Source: Bacillota bacterium (GTDB lineage: Bacteria; Bacillota; Clostridia; Christensenellales; CAG-138). Taken from it: 64,000 bases of DNA. The notes below the pieces were generated by a model, which was not told the origin of the DNA, searched no databases, and saw only the letters and a program-made list of their open reading frames with translations. Of the stretch, positions 28,724 through 38,596 are shown piece after piece (positions within the stretch are counted from its first letter, which is position 1; each line of letters opens with the position of its first letter). The stretch lies in assembly GCA_016286445.1 (NCBI GenBank), contig JAEESS010000001.1, positions 35,736 to 99,735 on the forward strand, in the 5' to 3' direction. The translations under genes were made by a program, and so were the position numbers.

Positions 28724-30550
28724 ATGGCGATCATCCGTGTATTAAAACCGCAGGTAGCGAATCAGATCGCGGCAGGGGAGGTCGTGGAACGCCCTTCGTC
28801 TGTTGTGAAAGAACTTGTGGAGAACGCGATCGACGCAGGCGCGACCGCGATAACCGTTCGGATTGAGAACGGGGGAATGCGCAGCATCGTCGTGACCGAC
28901 AACGGGTGCGGTATTGCAAGGGAGGACTGCAGAAACGCGTTTTTGCGCCATGCAACCAGCAAGATCTCGACGGCTGACGATCTTTCCCGCGTGATGACGC
29001 TCGGCTTCCGGGGAGAAGCGCTTGCTTCCATTGCTTCCGTTTCCCGCGTTACGATGACGACGCGTCCGAAGGACGCGGAAGTCGGAACGCAGCTGATCGT
29101 CGACAACGGCACGATCGAGAGCGAGGAGGACAGTCCCTGCGTTTTCGGTACGACGTTTGCGGTCGAGGCGTTGTTTGCCTCCGTGCCGGCAAGGTTGAAA
29201 TTCTTGAAGTCCGCGCGCACTGAAGCGGGATATATCGGCGATTACATCGGAAAGATGATCCTCGCGCGGCCGGAGATTTCCTTCCGATATGAATCCGACG
29301 GCAAAACAGTCTATGAAACATACGGCGACGGGAACCTTTTGAACGCCGTCTTTTGCGTGTACGGAGCGACAGTTGCGGACAAGCTTGTTCCGGTCGAATA
29401 CGACAACGGCTACTGCAAGCTTACCGGATACTTGGGATTGCCGGAGATCTCCAGAAACAATCGAAGCTTCCAGACGCTGTTCATCAACGGACGTTCCATA
29501 CGTTCGCCGCTCGTTTCCGCGGCAGTAGCGCAGGCGTACGATACCAGGCTGATGATCGGCAGATTTCCGTTCTTTGTTCTGAATCTGAAGCTTGCGCCGC
29601 AGGAGGTCGATGTAAACGTGCATCCGACGAAGGCGGAGGTACGGTTTGCCGACGAGAACCGGATCTTTACGTCGGTTTCGGCAGCCTGCAAGCTTGCGCT
29701 CGGTGCGACGGAGAAGCATGTGGAATCCGCGCTGGATCAGATCGTTCCGAAACAGCCGGGGTTCCCCGAAGAACCTGCTGCGGTTCAGAAGCCGATCCAG
29801 GCGCCGCGCATTGATTTTCACGATTATTCCGCAAAAAACAGCGCTTATACATTCCGGGAAAGCAGCTTCAACACCTTCCGGGAAAAGACGATGGGCGACA
29901 GCGTTCCGAGCTTTACGGTACGGACGGATCCGATCAAACCTGCGGAAAAGGAAACGGCAGGATCTCCGCTGTTTTCCGATGCGGATGCGGAAACGATCGG
30001 CTGTGTCTTTCAAACATACTGGATCGTTACCCGCGATCAGAACATGTTTCTGATCGATCAGCACGCAGCGCATGAACGGAAGCTGTATGATGAATTGTCT
30101 GCGCGCAAAACGGAACTGTCGTCGCAGACGCTGCTTGTTGCGAGAGAGATCCGTCTGACGCCTTCGGAGTTTTCCGTTTGGGAAGCGAACGAAGAACAGA
30201 TTACCGAGCTTGGATTCGGGCTGACGCGATCGGGCGCAACTGCATTGACGCTCAGCGAAGTCCCCGTTCTGAACGGGCAAATGCTCGGGGAGCCGTATCT
30301 GCATGCCGTTTTGTCGATTCTCGGTGAATGCGGCAAAGACGTAAAGCGGGAGCTCATCAAGGAACGTATGATGCAGACGGCATGCAAGCATGCGATCAAG
30401 GGCGGGGAAGCGATCACAAAAGAGGAGATCAAGGACCTTCTTGAATCATTTTTAAGCGGTAAAGTACCTCTGACCTGCCCGCACGGCCGTCCCGTGATTG
30501 TACGGATTACGAAATCGGAACTGGAAAAAATGTTCCGAAGGATCGTATGA
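28724..30550 (+). CDS. mutL: DNA mismatch repair endonuclease MutL
   Basis: IAAGEVVERP, GFRGEAL, DVNVHPTK, DQHAAHER, CPHGRP. Confidence 0.98.
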   Translation: MAIIRVLKPQVANQIAAGEVVERPSSVVKELVENAIDAGATAITVRIENGGMRSIVVTDNGCGIAREDCRNAFLRHATSKISTADDLSRVMTLGFRGEALASIASVSRVTMTTRPKDAEVGTQLIVDNGTIESEEDSPCVFGTTFAVEALFASVPARLKFLKSARTEAGYIGDYIGKMILARPEISFRYESDGKTVYETYGDGNLLNAVFCVYGATVADKLVPVEYDNGYCKLTGYLGLPEISRNNRSFQTLFINGRSIRSPLVSAAVAQAYDTRLMIGRFPFFVLNLKLAPQEVDVNVHPTKAEVRFADENRIFTSVSAACKLALGATEKHVESALDQIVPKQPGFPEEPAAVQKPIQAPRIDFHDYSAKNSAYTFRESSFNTFREKTMGDSVPSFTVRTDPIKPAEKETAGSPLFSDADAETIGCVFQTYWIVTRDQNMFLIDQHAAHERKLYDELSARKTELSSQTLLVAREIRLTPSEFSVWEANEEQITELGFGLTRSGATALTLSEVPVLNGQMLGEPYLHAVLSILGECGKDVKRELIKERMMQTACKHAIKGGEAITKEEIKDLLESFLSGKVPLTCPHGRPVIVRITKSELEKMFRRIV

Positions 30551-31488
30551 AGCCGACTGTTCTGTGCATCGTCGGACCCACCGCGTGCGGAAAGACCGCG
30601 CTGTCCGTGGCACTCGCGAAGAGAACGGGAGGGGAGATCGTCTCCGCCGACGCCGTGGCGGTCTATCGCGGACTGGACATCGGATCGGCTAAGCCGACGG
30701 AGGAAGAACGAGAGGACGTTCCGCATCATATGATCGACTGCGCCGATGTGACGGACGACAGCTTTACGGTATCGACGTTCCGTACGCTTGCACGGGAGGC
30801 GATCGATTCGATCCTGTCGCGCGGCAAACTGCCGATCGTTGTCGGCGGCAGCGGACTGTATCTCGATGCAATCTTTTCCGATATGCGCTTCTCAGCGCCT
30901 TCAGATCCCGCGATTCGGGCAAAGCAGGAGAATGCATACGAAAACGATCGAAACGGGCTGTTTGAGACACTGAGAGCCGCAGATCCGATTACGGCGGCAC
31001 GGCTTCATCCGAACGATAAGAAACGCATCGTTCGCGCGCTTGAGGTGCTGGAAATCACGGGGAAGCCGTTCTCTTCACTGAACCGTGCGTTTGAAACTGC
31101 GCAGAAAGAGGACGAAACATATCGGGTCATACGGGTTGGATTGAATACGGACCGAAAAAAGCTGTATCAAAGGATCGAAGCGCGAGTGGACAGCATGATC
31201 GAACGCGGACTGCGTGAAGAAGCGTTCTCCTTTTTTGAACGCGGTCTGACGCCCGAAAACTGCCGTGCGCTGCAGTCGATCGGATATGCGCAGCTGTATG
31301 ACGTATATCTCGGTACGCAAACGATGGAAAGCGCGGCGGAGCAGATCAAGCTCGATACAAAACATTTCGCGAAGAGACAGATTACCTGGTTCAAGCGAAA
31401 TACAAATACGATTTGGTTTGATCCGACCGTTCTTTCCGCGGATACGATCATCCAAAATATAACGGAGCGCATCAATGGAAATCAATGA
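30547..31488 (+). CDS. miaA: tRNA dimethylallyltransferase
   Basis: GPTACGKT, DIGSAKP, VGGSGLY, HPNDKKRIVRALE, AKRQITWF. Confidence 0.96.
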   Translation: MKPTVLCIVGPTACGKTALSVALAKRTGGEIVSADAVAVYRGLDIGSAKPTEEEREDVPHHMIDCADVTDDSFTVSTFRTLAREAIDSILSRGKLPIVVGGSGLYLDAIFSDMRFSAPSDPAIRAKQENAYENDRNGLFETLRAADPITAARLHPNDKKRIVRALEVLEITGKPFSSLNRAFETAQKEDETYRVIRVGLNTDRKKLYQRIEARVDSMIERGLREEAFSFFERGLTPENCRALQSIGYAQLYDVYLGTQTMESAAEQIKLDTKHFAKRQITWFKRNTNTIWFDPTVLSADTIIQNITERINGNQ

Positions 31489-32710
31489 AATGATCAAAGC
31501 GGCAGAGGAACGCTCTGCAAATGCTTTTAAAAGATCGGAGAAGATCGCTTTGCTTTGTCAGGAGCGTGTTTTGAATGCGTTTCAGACGCACAGGATCTCA
31601 GCAAGGCATTTTGCGCCGACGGAGGGATATGGATACGACGACATCGGACGCGACGCTTTGGACGATGTGTTTGCAGATGCGCTGAATGCGGACGCGGCGC
31701 TGGTTCGTCCGCAGATCGCGAACGGAACGCACGCCATCTTTCTGGCACTGTCCGGTACACTGGAACCGAACGACACCGTTCTGTCGCTGACCGGAACGCC
31801 GTACGACACGCTTGAAAGCGCAGTCGGGCTGAACGGTGATCTTCCGAACGCGCTTTCACGGTTCGGGATCCGTTTTCATTCGGTACCGCTCTTGGAGAAC
31901 GGTATTGATTTTGCATGCGCAAAGAAGGAACTGCAGAGCGATCCGACGATCAAAATGGTCTATCTGCAGCGTTCGAGAGGGTATGCATGGCGCGATGCGC
32001 TTTCCATTGCAAAAATCCGGGAGGCAATCGCGTTTGTACGGTCGATTCGGAGCGATGTAATTGTATTTGCGGATAACTGCTACGGCGAGTTTACGGAGGA
32101 AGTTGAACCGACGGCGGTCGGCGCGGATCTGATCGCAGGCAGCCTCATCAAAAACTGCGGCGGAGGCATCGCGCCCACGGGAGGATACATTGCGGGCAGA
32201 AAGGACCTGATCGAAGCGGTCTCGTTCCGGCAGACGGTTCCCGGCTGCGGAAAGGAGATCGGCTCTTATGCGGCGTCCTACCGTCCGTTCTACCAAGGGC
32301 TGTTTATGGCGCCGCATACCGTTGCGCAGTGCCAAAAAAGCGCGATCCTGTTTTCGGCACTGTTTGAAATGCTCGGGCTGAAGACGCTTCCGCATGTTGA
32401 CGACGCAAGGAGCGATATCATTCAATCGGTGATGTTCCGCACAAAGGAAGAGATGATCGCCTTCATGCAGGCGGTGCAGGGGGCGGCGCCGATCGACAGC
32501 TATGTCGTTCCGGAACCCTGGGATATGCCGGGGTACGCCGATCCGGTAATCATGGCGGCAGGAACGTTTGTGCAGGGCGCAACGACGGAGCTTTCCGCGG
32601 ACGGTCCGATCCGTCCGCCGTATACGGCGTATCTGCAGGGGGCGTTGACGTATGAACACGCCGTGCTTGCGGCAAGAAGCGTATTAAAAGCGTTAATAGC
32701 TGCGCATTAA
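31475..32710 (+). CDS. Methionine gamma-lyase family / aluminium resistance protein (YnbB-like)
   Basis: GYGYDDIGRD, LQRSRGY, DNCYGEF, AGSLIKNCGGG, IMAAGTFVQGAT. Confidence 0.92.
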   Translation: MEINEMIKAAEERSANAFKRSEKIALLCQERVLNAFQTHRISARHFAPTEGYGYDDIGRDALDDVFADALNADAALVRPQIANGTHAIFLALSGTLEPNDTVLSLTGTPYDTLESAVGLNGDLPNALSRFGIRFHSVPLLENGIDFACAKKELQSDPTIKMVYLQRSRGYAWRDALSIAKIREAIAFVRSIRSDVIVFADNCYGEFTEEVEPTAVGADLIAGSLIKNCGGGIAPTGGYIAGRKDLIEAVSFRQTVPGCGKEIGSYAASYRPFYQGLFMAPHTVAQCQKSAILFSALFEMLGLKTLPHVDDARSDIIQSVMFRTKEEMIAFMQAVQGAAPIDSYVVPEPWDMPGYADPVIMAAGTFVQGATTELSADGPIRPPYTAYLQGALTYEHAVLAARSVLKALIAAH

Positions 32711-33304
32711 GCCGGTCACACAACCGAGAATTTCGACGGCGTCGGCAGTATAAAACATCGGAGAAAAGGCTTCGTTTTCCGGACGAAGCTCGATCTCTTT
32801 TCCTTTTTGGAAAAAACGTTTTACGGTTACTTCGCCGTCGTTAACGCGGGCGACGACGATATCGCCGTCCTGAGGGGGAGTGCCGGTTTCGACAACGATG
32901 ATGTCACGATCGCATATCCCGGCGTTTTTCATGCTTTCGCCGTCGATGCGCAGCAGAAAGGCGTCACTGCGAAGTCCGTGCAGCAGCATCGAGGGAACGG
33001 GGAAGCAGTCCTCGCGGTTTTCGTGGGCAAGAATCGGAACGCCGGCGGCAACCTTGCCGAGCAGCGGAAGAGACGTTATTTTTGCGTGAGAGGCGTCGGA
33101 AACGATGTATGCGCGTTTCTTGTTCGGATCGGAAGCAAGAAGTCCCTCCTCCGACAGCATGCGCAGATACCGATGCACGGAGGCGGGGGAAGTCAGACCG
33201 ATGCCGTCGCAGATTTCACGGACGGTTGGCGGATATCCGTTGCGTTCGGTTTCGGAAAGAATGAATTGATAGATCTTTTCTTTTGCCCCGTCGATTTTTT
33301 TCAT
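32693..33304 (-). CDS. lexA: SOS repressor LexA
   Basis: GYPPTVREI HTH, LGKVAAGVP cleavage site, GESM serine, TVKRF lysine. Confidence 0.96.
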   Translation of the reverse strand: MKKIDGAKEKIYQFILSETERNGYPPTVREICDGIGLTSPASVHRYLRMLSEEGLLASDPNKKRAYIVSDASHAKITSLPLLGKVAAGVPILAHENREDCFPVPSMLLHGLRSDAFLLRIDGESMKNAGICDRDIIVVETGTPPQDGDIVVARVNDGEVTVKRFFQKGKEIELRPENEAFSPMFYTADAVEILGCVTGLMRSY

Positions 33305-33322
33305 ACGATCACCTCTGATGCA

Positions 33323-33362
33323 AGTATAACAGAAGATGATCCAAAATGCAAACAAATGTTCG
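33323..33362 (-). promoter_or_regulatory. lexA promoter with SOS (Cheo) box
   Basis: CGAACATTTGTTTG at 33349-33362 overlapping TTGCAT-17-TATACT. Confidence 0.85.
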
Positions 33363-33371
33363 CAAAAGACG

Positions 33372-34472
33372 CTATTTTTCTGAATCAGTCGAAAAATCTG
33401 CAGGAAATTCGGGCGTGTTTTCGCGTAATTTGATGTATTTTGCAGCTTCATGGCTTTTTTCTTCGGTCATGGCGGCATAATGCTTTCGCGTGGTATTGAC
33501 GTCCTTGTGACCGAGCACATCCGCAACCAGGTAGATATCGCCGCTCTCCTGATACAGCATCGTACCGTAGGTGCTGCGAAGCTTATGCGGCGTGATCTTT
33601 TTGAGCGGCGTGGAGATCTTGGCATATTTTTTTACAAGATTTTCAACGGCGCGCGGCGTGATTCGTTTGCGCTGCATGGAAAGAAAGAAGGCGGTTTCGT
33701 GCCCGGGAAAGGGGATGACCGTCTTGCGCTCTTCAAGATATTCCAGAAGAGCCTGCGCCACTTCCGGACCGAACGCAAGCGTCATCTGATTGCCGCCTTT
33801 GCGCGTAACGATAAATTCGTTCTTGGAAAAGTCGATGTCATCGAGATCAATCCCGACAAGCTCGGAGATACGGATTCCGGTTCCGAGAAACAGGGAGAGG
33901 ATTGCCACATCGCGGAGCTTCGTCGCATCATGGTAGCGTCGCTGCGCCGTCGTCATGCCGCTTCCTTGCTCGACCGTGTCCAAAAGATCGGCAACTTCGT
34001 TCGCTTCCAGACGGATAATCGCCTTTTCGTGCAGCTTCGGCGTATCGACCAATGCGGCACAGTTCGTTTGAATCAGTGATTTTTTGTATAAAAACTTAAA
34101 TAACGATCGTATAGCTGATAATTTACGGGATTTTGCGCGTTCGTTGTTTTCGACAAGCTTTTGACCGTCCTGTGTTTCTTCCCGATACAAAGAGATGTAT
34201 TCGAGATACAGCTCGATATCAAGGGAGGAGAGGAGCTCCATATCGGAAAGCTTGAGCTGCTTCGGAAGCTTTCCGCTGAAGCGTTCGATCTCACCGGAAG
34301 TCAGAAACCGAAAGAACTTCCGAAGATCGACTGCGTAACCGTAGCGCGTCAGGACTGACGTGGTCGGCTCGACAGCCCGGAAATACAGCGCGCAGAAATC
34401 CGGCAGCTCGGAAAGGATATTCCGGAAACGCGATGTGTAATCCAGCTTTTTTTGCATCTGATAATCGCTCAT
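33372..34472 (-). CDS. Tyrosine recombinase, XerS-like
   Basis: GTGIRISEL, VTRKGG, TPHKLRST, LGHKDVNTT..HY catalytic R-K-H-R-H-Y set; long N-terminal extension (LPDFCALYF) as in XerS. Confidence 0.9.
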   Translation of the reverse strand: MSDYQMQKKLDYTSRFRNILSELPDFCALYFRAVEPTTSVLTRYGYAVDLRKFFRFLTSGEIERFSGKLPKQLKLSDMELLSSLDIELYLEYISLYREETQDGQKLVENNERAKSRKLSAIRSLFKFLYKKSLIQTNCAALVDTPKLHEKAIIRLEANEVADLLDTVEQGSGMTTAQRRYHDATKLRDVAILSLFLGTGIRISELVGIDLDDIDFSKNEFIVTRKGGNQMTLAFGPEVAQALLEYLEERKTVIPFPGHETAFFLSMQRKRITPRAVENLVKKYAKISTPLKKITPHKLRSTYGTMLYQESGDIYLVADVLGHKDVNTTRKHYAAMTEEKSHEAAKYIKLRENTPEFPADFSTDSEK

Positions 34473-34525
34473 AAAAGCCTCCGAAACGGTAAGGGACAGA
34501 ATTTTACTTCTGCGGTTATTGTAAC

Positions 34526-34563
34526 ACAACTATTCGTTAAAGACAAGTTTAACGAATAGTTGT
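34526..34563. other. Candidate dif-like recombination site overlapping the recombinase promoter
   Basis: Perfect inverted repeat ACAACTATTCGTTAAA-GACAAG-TTTAACGAATAGTTGT; minus-strand TTGTCT-17-TACAAT promoter overlaps it. Confidence 0.7.
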
Positions 34564-34606
34564 TTACAAAAATGACATGAATCCGGCAAATTTCAGCGTC
34601 GACATG

Positions 34607-34642
34607 AAAAAACTCCGGACTTTTCGGCGAAATCCGGAGTTT
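34607..34642 (-). terminator. Intrinsic terminator after rnhA
   Basis: AAACTCCGGA/TCCGGAGTTT stem with A run on + strand. Confidence 0.75.
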
Positions 34643-34647
34643 GGGCT

Positions 34648-35103
34648 TTATGCTTCTTCCTGTGATTGAATCAGTTTTTTGATTGCATCTCGTGCAAGTT
34701 TATCGCAGCGATTGTTTTCTTCATTGTCCGCGTGACCTTTGACTTTGTAAAATGTGACCGTATGCTTTGCGCACAGTTTGTCAAGTTCTTCCCAAAGATC
34801 TTTGTTTTCGACGTCGTGACGGTTAGCTGTTTTCCAGCCGTTTATTCGCCAGTTTTTCAGCCAGCCTTTTTCAAACGCATTGCACAGATATGCGCTGTCC
34901 GTGTACAGATCGACTGCGCAGATCCTTTTCAGCATGCGCAGCGCTTCGATCGCCGCAGTCAGCTCCATGCGGTTATTCGTCGTTTCGGAGGCGTTTCCGC
35001 TGCATTCCTTACGGTGCCTGCCGTAGATCAGCACACAGCCCCAGCCGCCGGGTCCGGGATTATGGGAACATGCGCCGTCTGTGTAAATCGTTACCCGATC
35101 CAT
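34648..35103 (-). CDS. rnhA: Ribonuclease HI
   Basis: YTDGACSHNPGPGGWG, TTNNRMEL, TDSAY, VKGHAD..NNRCD. Confidence 0.96.
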   Translation of the reverse strand: MDRVTIYTDGACSHNPGPGGWGCVLIYGRHRKECSGNASETTNNRMELTAAIEALRMLKRICAVDLYTDSAYLCNAFEKGWLKNWRINGWKTANRHDVENKDLWEELDKLCAKHTVTFYKVKGHADNEENNRCDKLARDAIKKLIQSQEEA

Positions 35104-35109
35104 TTGTCC

Positions 35110-36006
35110 TCATTTCCGATCAAAAAATAATATATAATCTATAATGACGGATAATTGCAGATGCTTCAGTTCGCCTGAAATCATCTCCGTATTCATCGTA
35201 TCATGTTCGCCCAAAAAAGTCGATATGTTTTTCACATATTTTTGCAGCAGATCCTTCACGACGGCAAGATCGGCGGTATTGATCTGTTCCATTTCCTTGA
35301 GACTTTCTGTGCATAAGTTCTGTTTTGCCTGCAGTTCTTTCCGTAAATCGGCGTCATTGAGTTCGCCTTTATCGAACGAAAGACAGACGGCGCAAAGCTC
35401 GGAAGGAATCCCGTTCAGCGTTTTAACAGCCTTTGTTACGACGTCAACCGCCTTTTTATCGCCATTCAGCGTGATCTTTAAAGCGTTGCTCTCCGTAATG
35501 TACGGCGTCGCTTCAAATCCGTCCGACCGCACCTGTGACTGGACTTTGATCAAGCTGGATTCGTCGGTATATGCTGCGGCAAACACTCTGAAAACAGATC
35601 CGTCGTGAAACAACGTCCCGCCGGCTCCCATCCGTCGGATCTCATCGGCGTGCTCACCGGCGGCGTCCTCCTTCGTAAACGTACCCATCTGCAGAATATA
35701 AAACGGGACTTCTTCGATCACGATCACTTCATGCGACTGCTCGGACGGCTTCGGTTCCGGAGATGCGGACGATTGCCGTTCTTCCTGCTGTTTCAATGCG
35801 GAGACGATGCTTGTATCGTCGGTCGTTTCATGCACGCATGACAGCAGCGGCGTAATCACATGCTCCGACAGATAACTGCCGAGCGGCGACAGCGCTATGA
35901 TCCCCGCAATCAGAACGATCGATGCGATTACAAATACGACGGCGCCGATCCGTCCGGAACCGGTTCCGGATGCGGATCTTGAAACGGAATGATGCTTATG
36001 TTCCAT
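35110..36006 (-). CDS. Membrane-anchored SPOR-like domain protein
   Basis: N-terminal TM; YILQMGTF..FRVFAAAY SPOR-like pattern. Confidence 0.7.
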   Translation of the reverse strand: MEHKHHSVSRSASGTGSGRIGAVVFVIASIVLIAGIIALSPLGSYLSEHVITPLLSCVHETTDDTSIVSALKQQEERQSSASPEPKPSEQSHEVIVIEEVPFYILQMGTFTKEDAAGEHADEIRRMGAGGTLFHDGSVFRVFAAAYTDESSLIKVQSQVRSDGFEATPYITESNALKITLNGDKKAVDVVTKAVKTLNGIPSELCAVCLSFDKGELNDADLRKELQAKQNLCTESLKEMEQINTADLAVVKDLLQKYVKNISTFLGEHDTMNTEMISGELKHLQLSVIIDYILFFDRK

Positions 36007-36070
36007 AAAAATGAACCTCCCTGTGTTGTTATCAAAACGTACGCAGAGAGGTTCGTATATATGCGCGTTT

Positions 36071-37900
36071 TTATGATTTCTGTTCCTGCTCTCGCATGTC
36101 CGGCGAAACAATCACATCCGGAACGGAAGACAGCGGAATCGCGTTGCTGACATATTTTTTCAGCGTAAAGCGGAAACAGGTCCACTTCCCTTCCTCGCTG
36201 TCCGCTTCGATCTGTTCTTCCAGCTGATCCATGATCTTCTTGGCAATGGAAAGCCCCAGACCGGTACCGCCGTCCTTGCGGGAGGCGTCGACTTTATAGA
36301 ACCGCTCAAACACGCGTGACAGGTTTTCTTTGGAAATACCGATGCCGTCGTCCCACACGCTGATCACAACCTCATGGATCTCATCTACTGCCAGAAGCCG
36401 GATCGTGCTTTTTGCGTAGCGAAGCGCGTTGTCGATCAAGATCACAAGCACCTGTTCGATCCTGTCGCGGTCGCTCAGAACGGCGGGAAGCGATTCTTCC
36501 GTTTCGATCTCGATGCGGATACTGCGTTTGTTCGCTTCCGTCTGGAAGCTTTGCGACACTTCCTCAAGCAGTTCGTTGACGTCGAACATGGTCATTTCCA
36601 TCGTCTCCGTACCGGACTGTAGTCTGGAAAGCTGCAGCATATCCGTAATCAGACGGGAAAGACGCTCGACTTCGCGCAGCATGATCGCATAATACTGCTT
36701 TTGTTTCTCGGGATCCTTTATCATACCGTCCGAAAGCGGCTCCAAAAGCCCGCGCAGGGACGTCAGAGGCGTACGCAGTTCATGACTGATATTCGCAACA
36801 TATTCGTTCCGCATGCGCTCAAGCTTTTCAATATCGGTCGCATCCTTGAACAATCCGACCGCGCCGATACAGCCTTCCGAATCGGACAGGACCGGAACGA
36901 CGGAGATCCAAAGCACGCGTTCGCCCGGAAGATTGTAATGAAACATGCGCGGCTCTTCGGAATCTACGACGCTTTCAAACGCTTCCCAGATCGAACGATC
37001 CGGGACAAGATCCATTGTAGAGTGCACATCGACCGCACCGAACATTTTCATCAGCGCGGGGTTGTAATGCGTCAGCTCCCCTTGCTTGTTGATGGCGGCA
37101 ACGCCGTCGCTGAAGCTGGACAGAATATAGCCGAGCTGCCTTTTCTCATTTTCAAGCTGTCGGATCGTGGAAGAAAGCGCACTGCTCATGTTATTGAGCG
37201 TTCTTGCAAACAATCCGAGCTCTCCCGGATAGTCATCCTTTGCACGAACGTCATAATTTCCTTTTGAAAGCTGCTTTGCGACTTTTGTCATTTCATTGAT
37301 CGGATGCAGCATCTGATTGACCGCAAAATAGGAAGTCAGAATGAGAAGCGGCAAAAGCAGAAGCGAAACCAGCCAAAGAGAGCGGGACAGTTTCGCGAAA
37401 GCGACATTGATGTGATTGATCTCGCGGATCAGAACGAAGCTGCCGATATAGACCGTCTCGTTGATGTACAACGGTCTGCCGACGCAGATCGCATGGACCT
37501 TTTTCAGCACCTTGTAGTCATCGGATCGGATCGACTCGCCGGATGAAAGACGGTCGTGCAGCGTCATCAGCTGATCCCCATCCGGCATCTCCTTCATGTT
37601 GGAATACACATCCGTGCCGTCTGCGGCATTCTGTACAAACAGAATATAGGAGACCTCTTTGGAGGTCGATATAACGTCAAGATAACCCTTCAAAGAGGTC
37701 CTCGGGACTTCCTGCCCGTCGGAAAAGGAAAACAAACCCTGCAGGCTGTCGGCGGTCTCGTTGAGCGATTTGCGCTCAAGCTCTACATAGGTCTTTTTGC
37801 CGAAGTATGTGTATGCGAGAACAAGAACGACGTTTCCGATGATGAGCAGGACAATGCAGATCAGAAACGCCCTGCGAAAGACTTCACCTCTGCGCTTCAT
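36071..37900 (-). CDS. Sensor histidine kinase (HAMP, PAS, HisKA, HATPase)
   Basis: Two TM, NISHELRTPL, ILIDNALRY, DDGIGI, FERFYKVD, GTGLGLSI. Confidence 0.95.
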   Translation of the reverse strand: MKRRGEVFRRAFLICIVLLIIGNVVLVLAYTYFGKKTYVELERKSLNETADSLQGLFSFSDGQEVPRTSLKGYLDVISTSKEVSYILFVQNAADGTDVYSNMKEMPDGDQLMTLHDRLSSGESIRSDDYKVLKKVHAICVGRPLYINETVYIGSFVLIREINHINVAFAKLSRSLWLVSLLLLPLLILTSYFAVNQMLHPINEMTKVAKQLSKGNYDVRAKDDYPGELGLFARTLNNMSSALSSTIRQLENEKRQLGYILSSFSDGVAAINKQGELTHYNPALMKMFGAVDVHSTMDLVPDRSIWEAFESVVDSEEPRMFHYNLPGERVLWISVVPVLSDSEGCIGAVGLFKDATDIEKLERMRNEYVANISHELRTPLTSLRGLLEPLSDGMIKDPEKQKQYYAIMLREVERLSRLITDMLQLSRLQSGTETMEMTMFDVNELLEEVSQSFQTEANKRSIRIEIETEESLPAVLSDRDRIEQVLVILIDNALRYAKSTIRLLAVDEIHEVVISVWDDGIGISKENLSRVFERFYKVDASRKDGGTGLGLSIAKKIMDQLEEQIEADSEEGKWTCFRFTLKKYVSNAIPLSSVPDVIVSPDMREQEQKS

Positions 37901-37906
37901 AAACGG

Positions 37907-38596
37907 TTATGCGTTTTCAAGCTCGAACTTGTAGCCGACGCCGTAGATCGTTTTGATGCTCCAGCCGAGTCCTTCGGAGTCCAGCTTTGCGCGAAGACGC
38001 TTGATATGCGTATCGACCGTACGCGTTTCGCCGGCAAAGTCGTATCCCCATACACGCGAAAGCAGCGTGTCGCGCGTGAACACCTGTCCGGGATTCGACG
38101 CAAGCATATACAAAATCTCGATCTCCTTGGGCGTGCAAATGATGTGCTCGCCGCGCAGCGTGACGGAATAGCTGTTCAGATCGATCGTGAGTCCGTTATA
38201 GCTGATGATGTTCGGGTCGGCAGACTGTTCCTTGGATTCCACGCGGCGCAGAATTGCCTTTACACGCGCAACGACTTCGCGCGGGCTGAAGGGTTTGACG
38301 ATATAATCGTCGGCGCCGAGTTCCAGACCGAGGATCCGATCGATCTCCTCCCCCTTTGCCGTCAGCATAACGATCGGAAGAGTCGAAGATTTGCGGATCT
38401 CGCGGCAGACTTCGATACCGGACTTTTTCGGCATCATAATATCCAGGATCATCAGAGAAACGGAGCTGTCCGCCTTCTTGAGACCCTCTTCCCCGTCATA
38501 TGCGTCAAGGACCGTATAGCCCTCTGCTTCAAAATAGAGACGAAGCGATTCGTGAACGACCGGTTCGTCGTCGCAGATCAGAATCGTGACTGCCAT
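37907..38596 (-). CDS. OmpR/PhoB family response regulator
   Basis: ICDDE, LDIMMP, MLTAK, GADDYIVKPF, RTVDTHIKRLR, GVGYK. Confidence 0.96.
   Translation of the reverse strand: MAVTILICDDEPVVHESLRLYFEAEGYTVLDAYDGEEGLKKADSSVSLMILDIMMPKKSGIEVCREIRKSSTLPIVMLTAKGEEIDRILGLELGADDYIVKPFSPREVVARVKAILRRVESKEQSADPNIISYNGLTIDLNSYSVTLRGEHIICTPKEIEILYMLASNPGQVFTRDTLLSRVWGYDFAGETRTVDTHIKRLRAKLDSEGLGWSIKTIYGVGYKFELENA

Noticed and set aside
33372-34472. Recombinase as a prophage/ICE integrase
   Set aside because: Flanked by core genes (lexA, rnhA), host-like composition, no att duplication or mobile cargo.
34526-34563. Palindrome as a simple terminator or LexA box
   Set aside because: AT-rich stem unlike the GC-rich terminators elsewhere in the window, rnhA already has a terminator at 34607-34642, and it does not fit GAAC-N4-GTTC.
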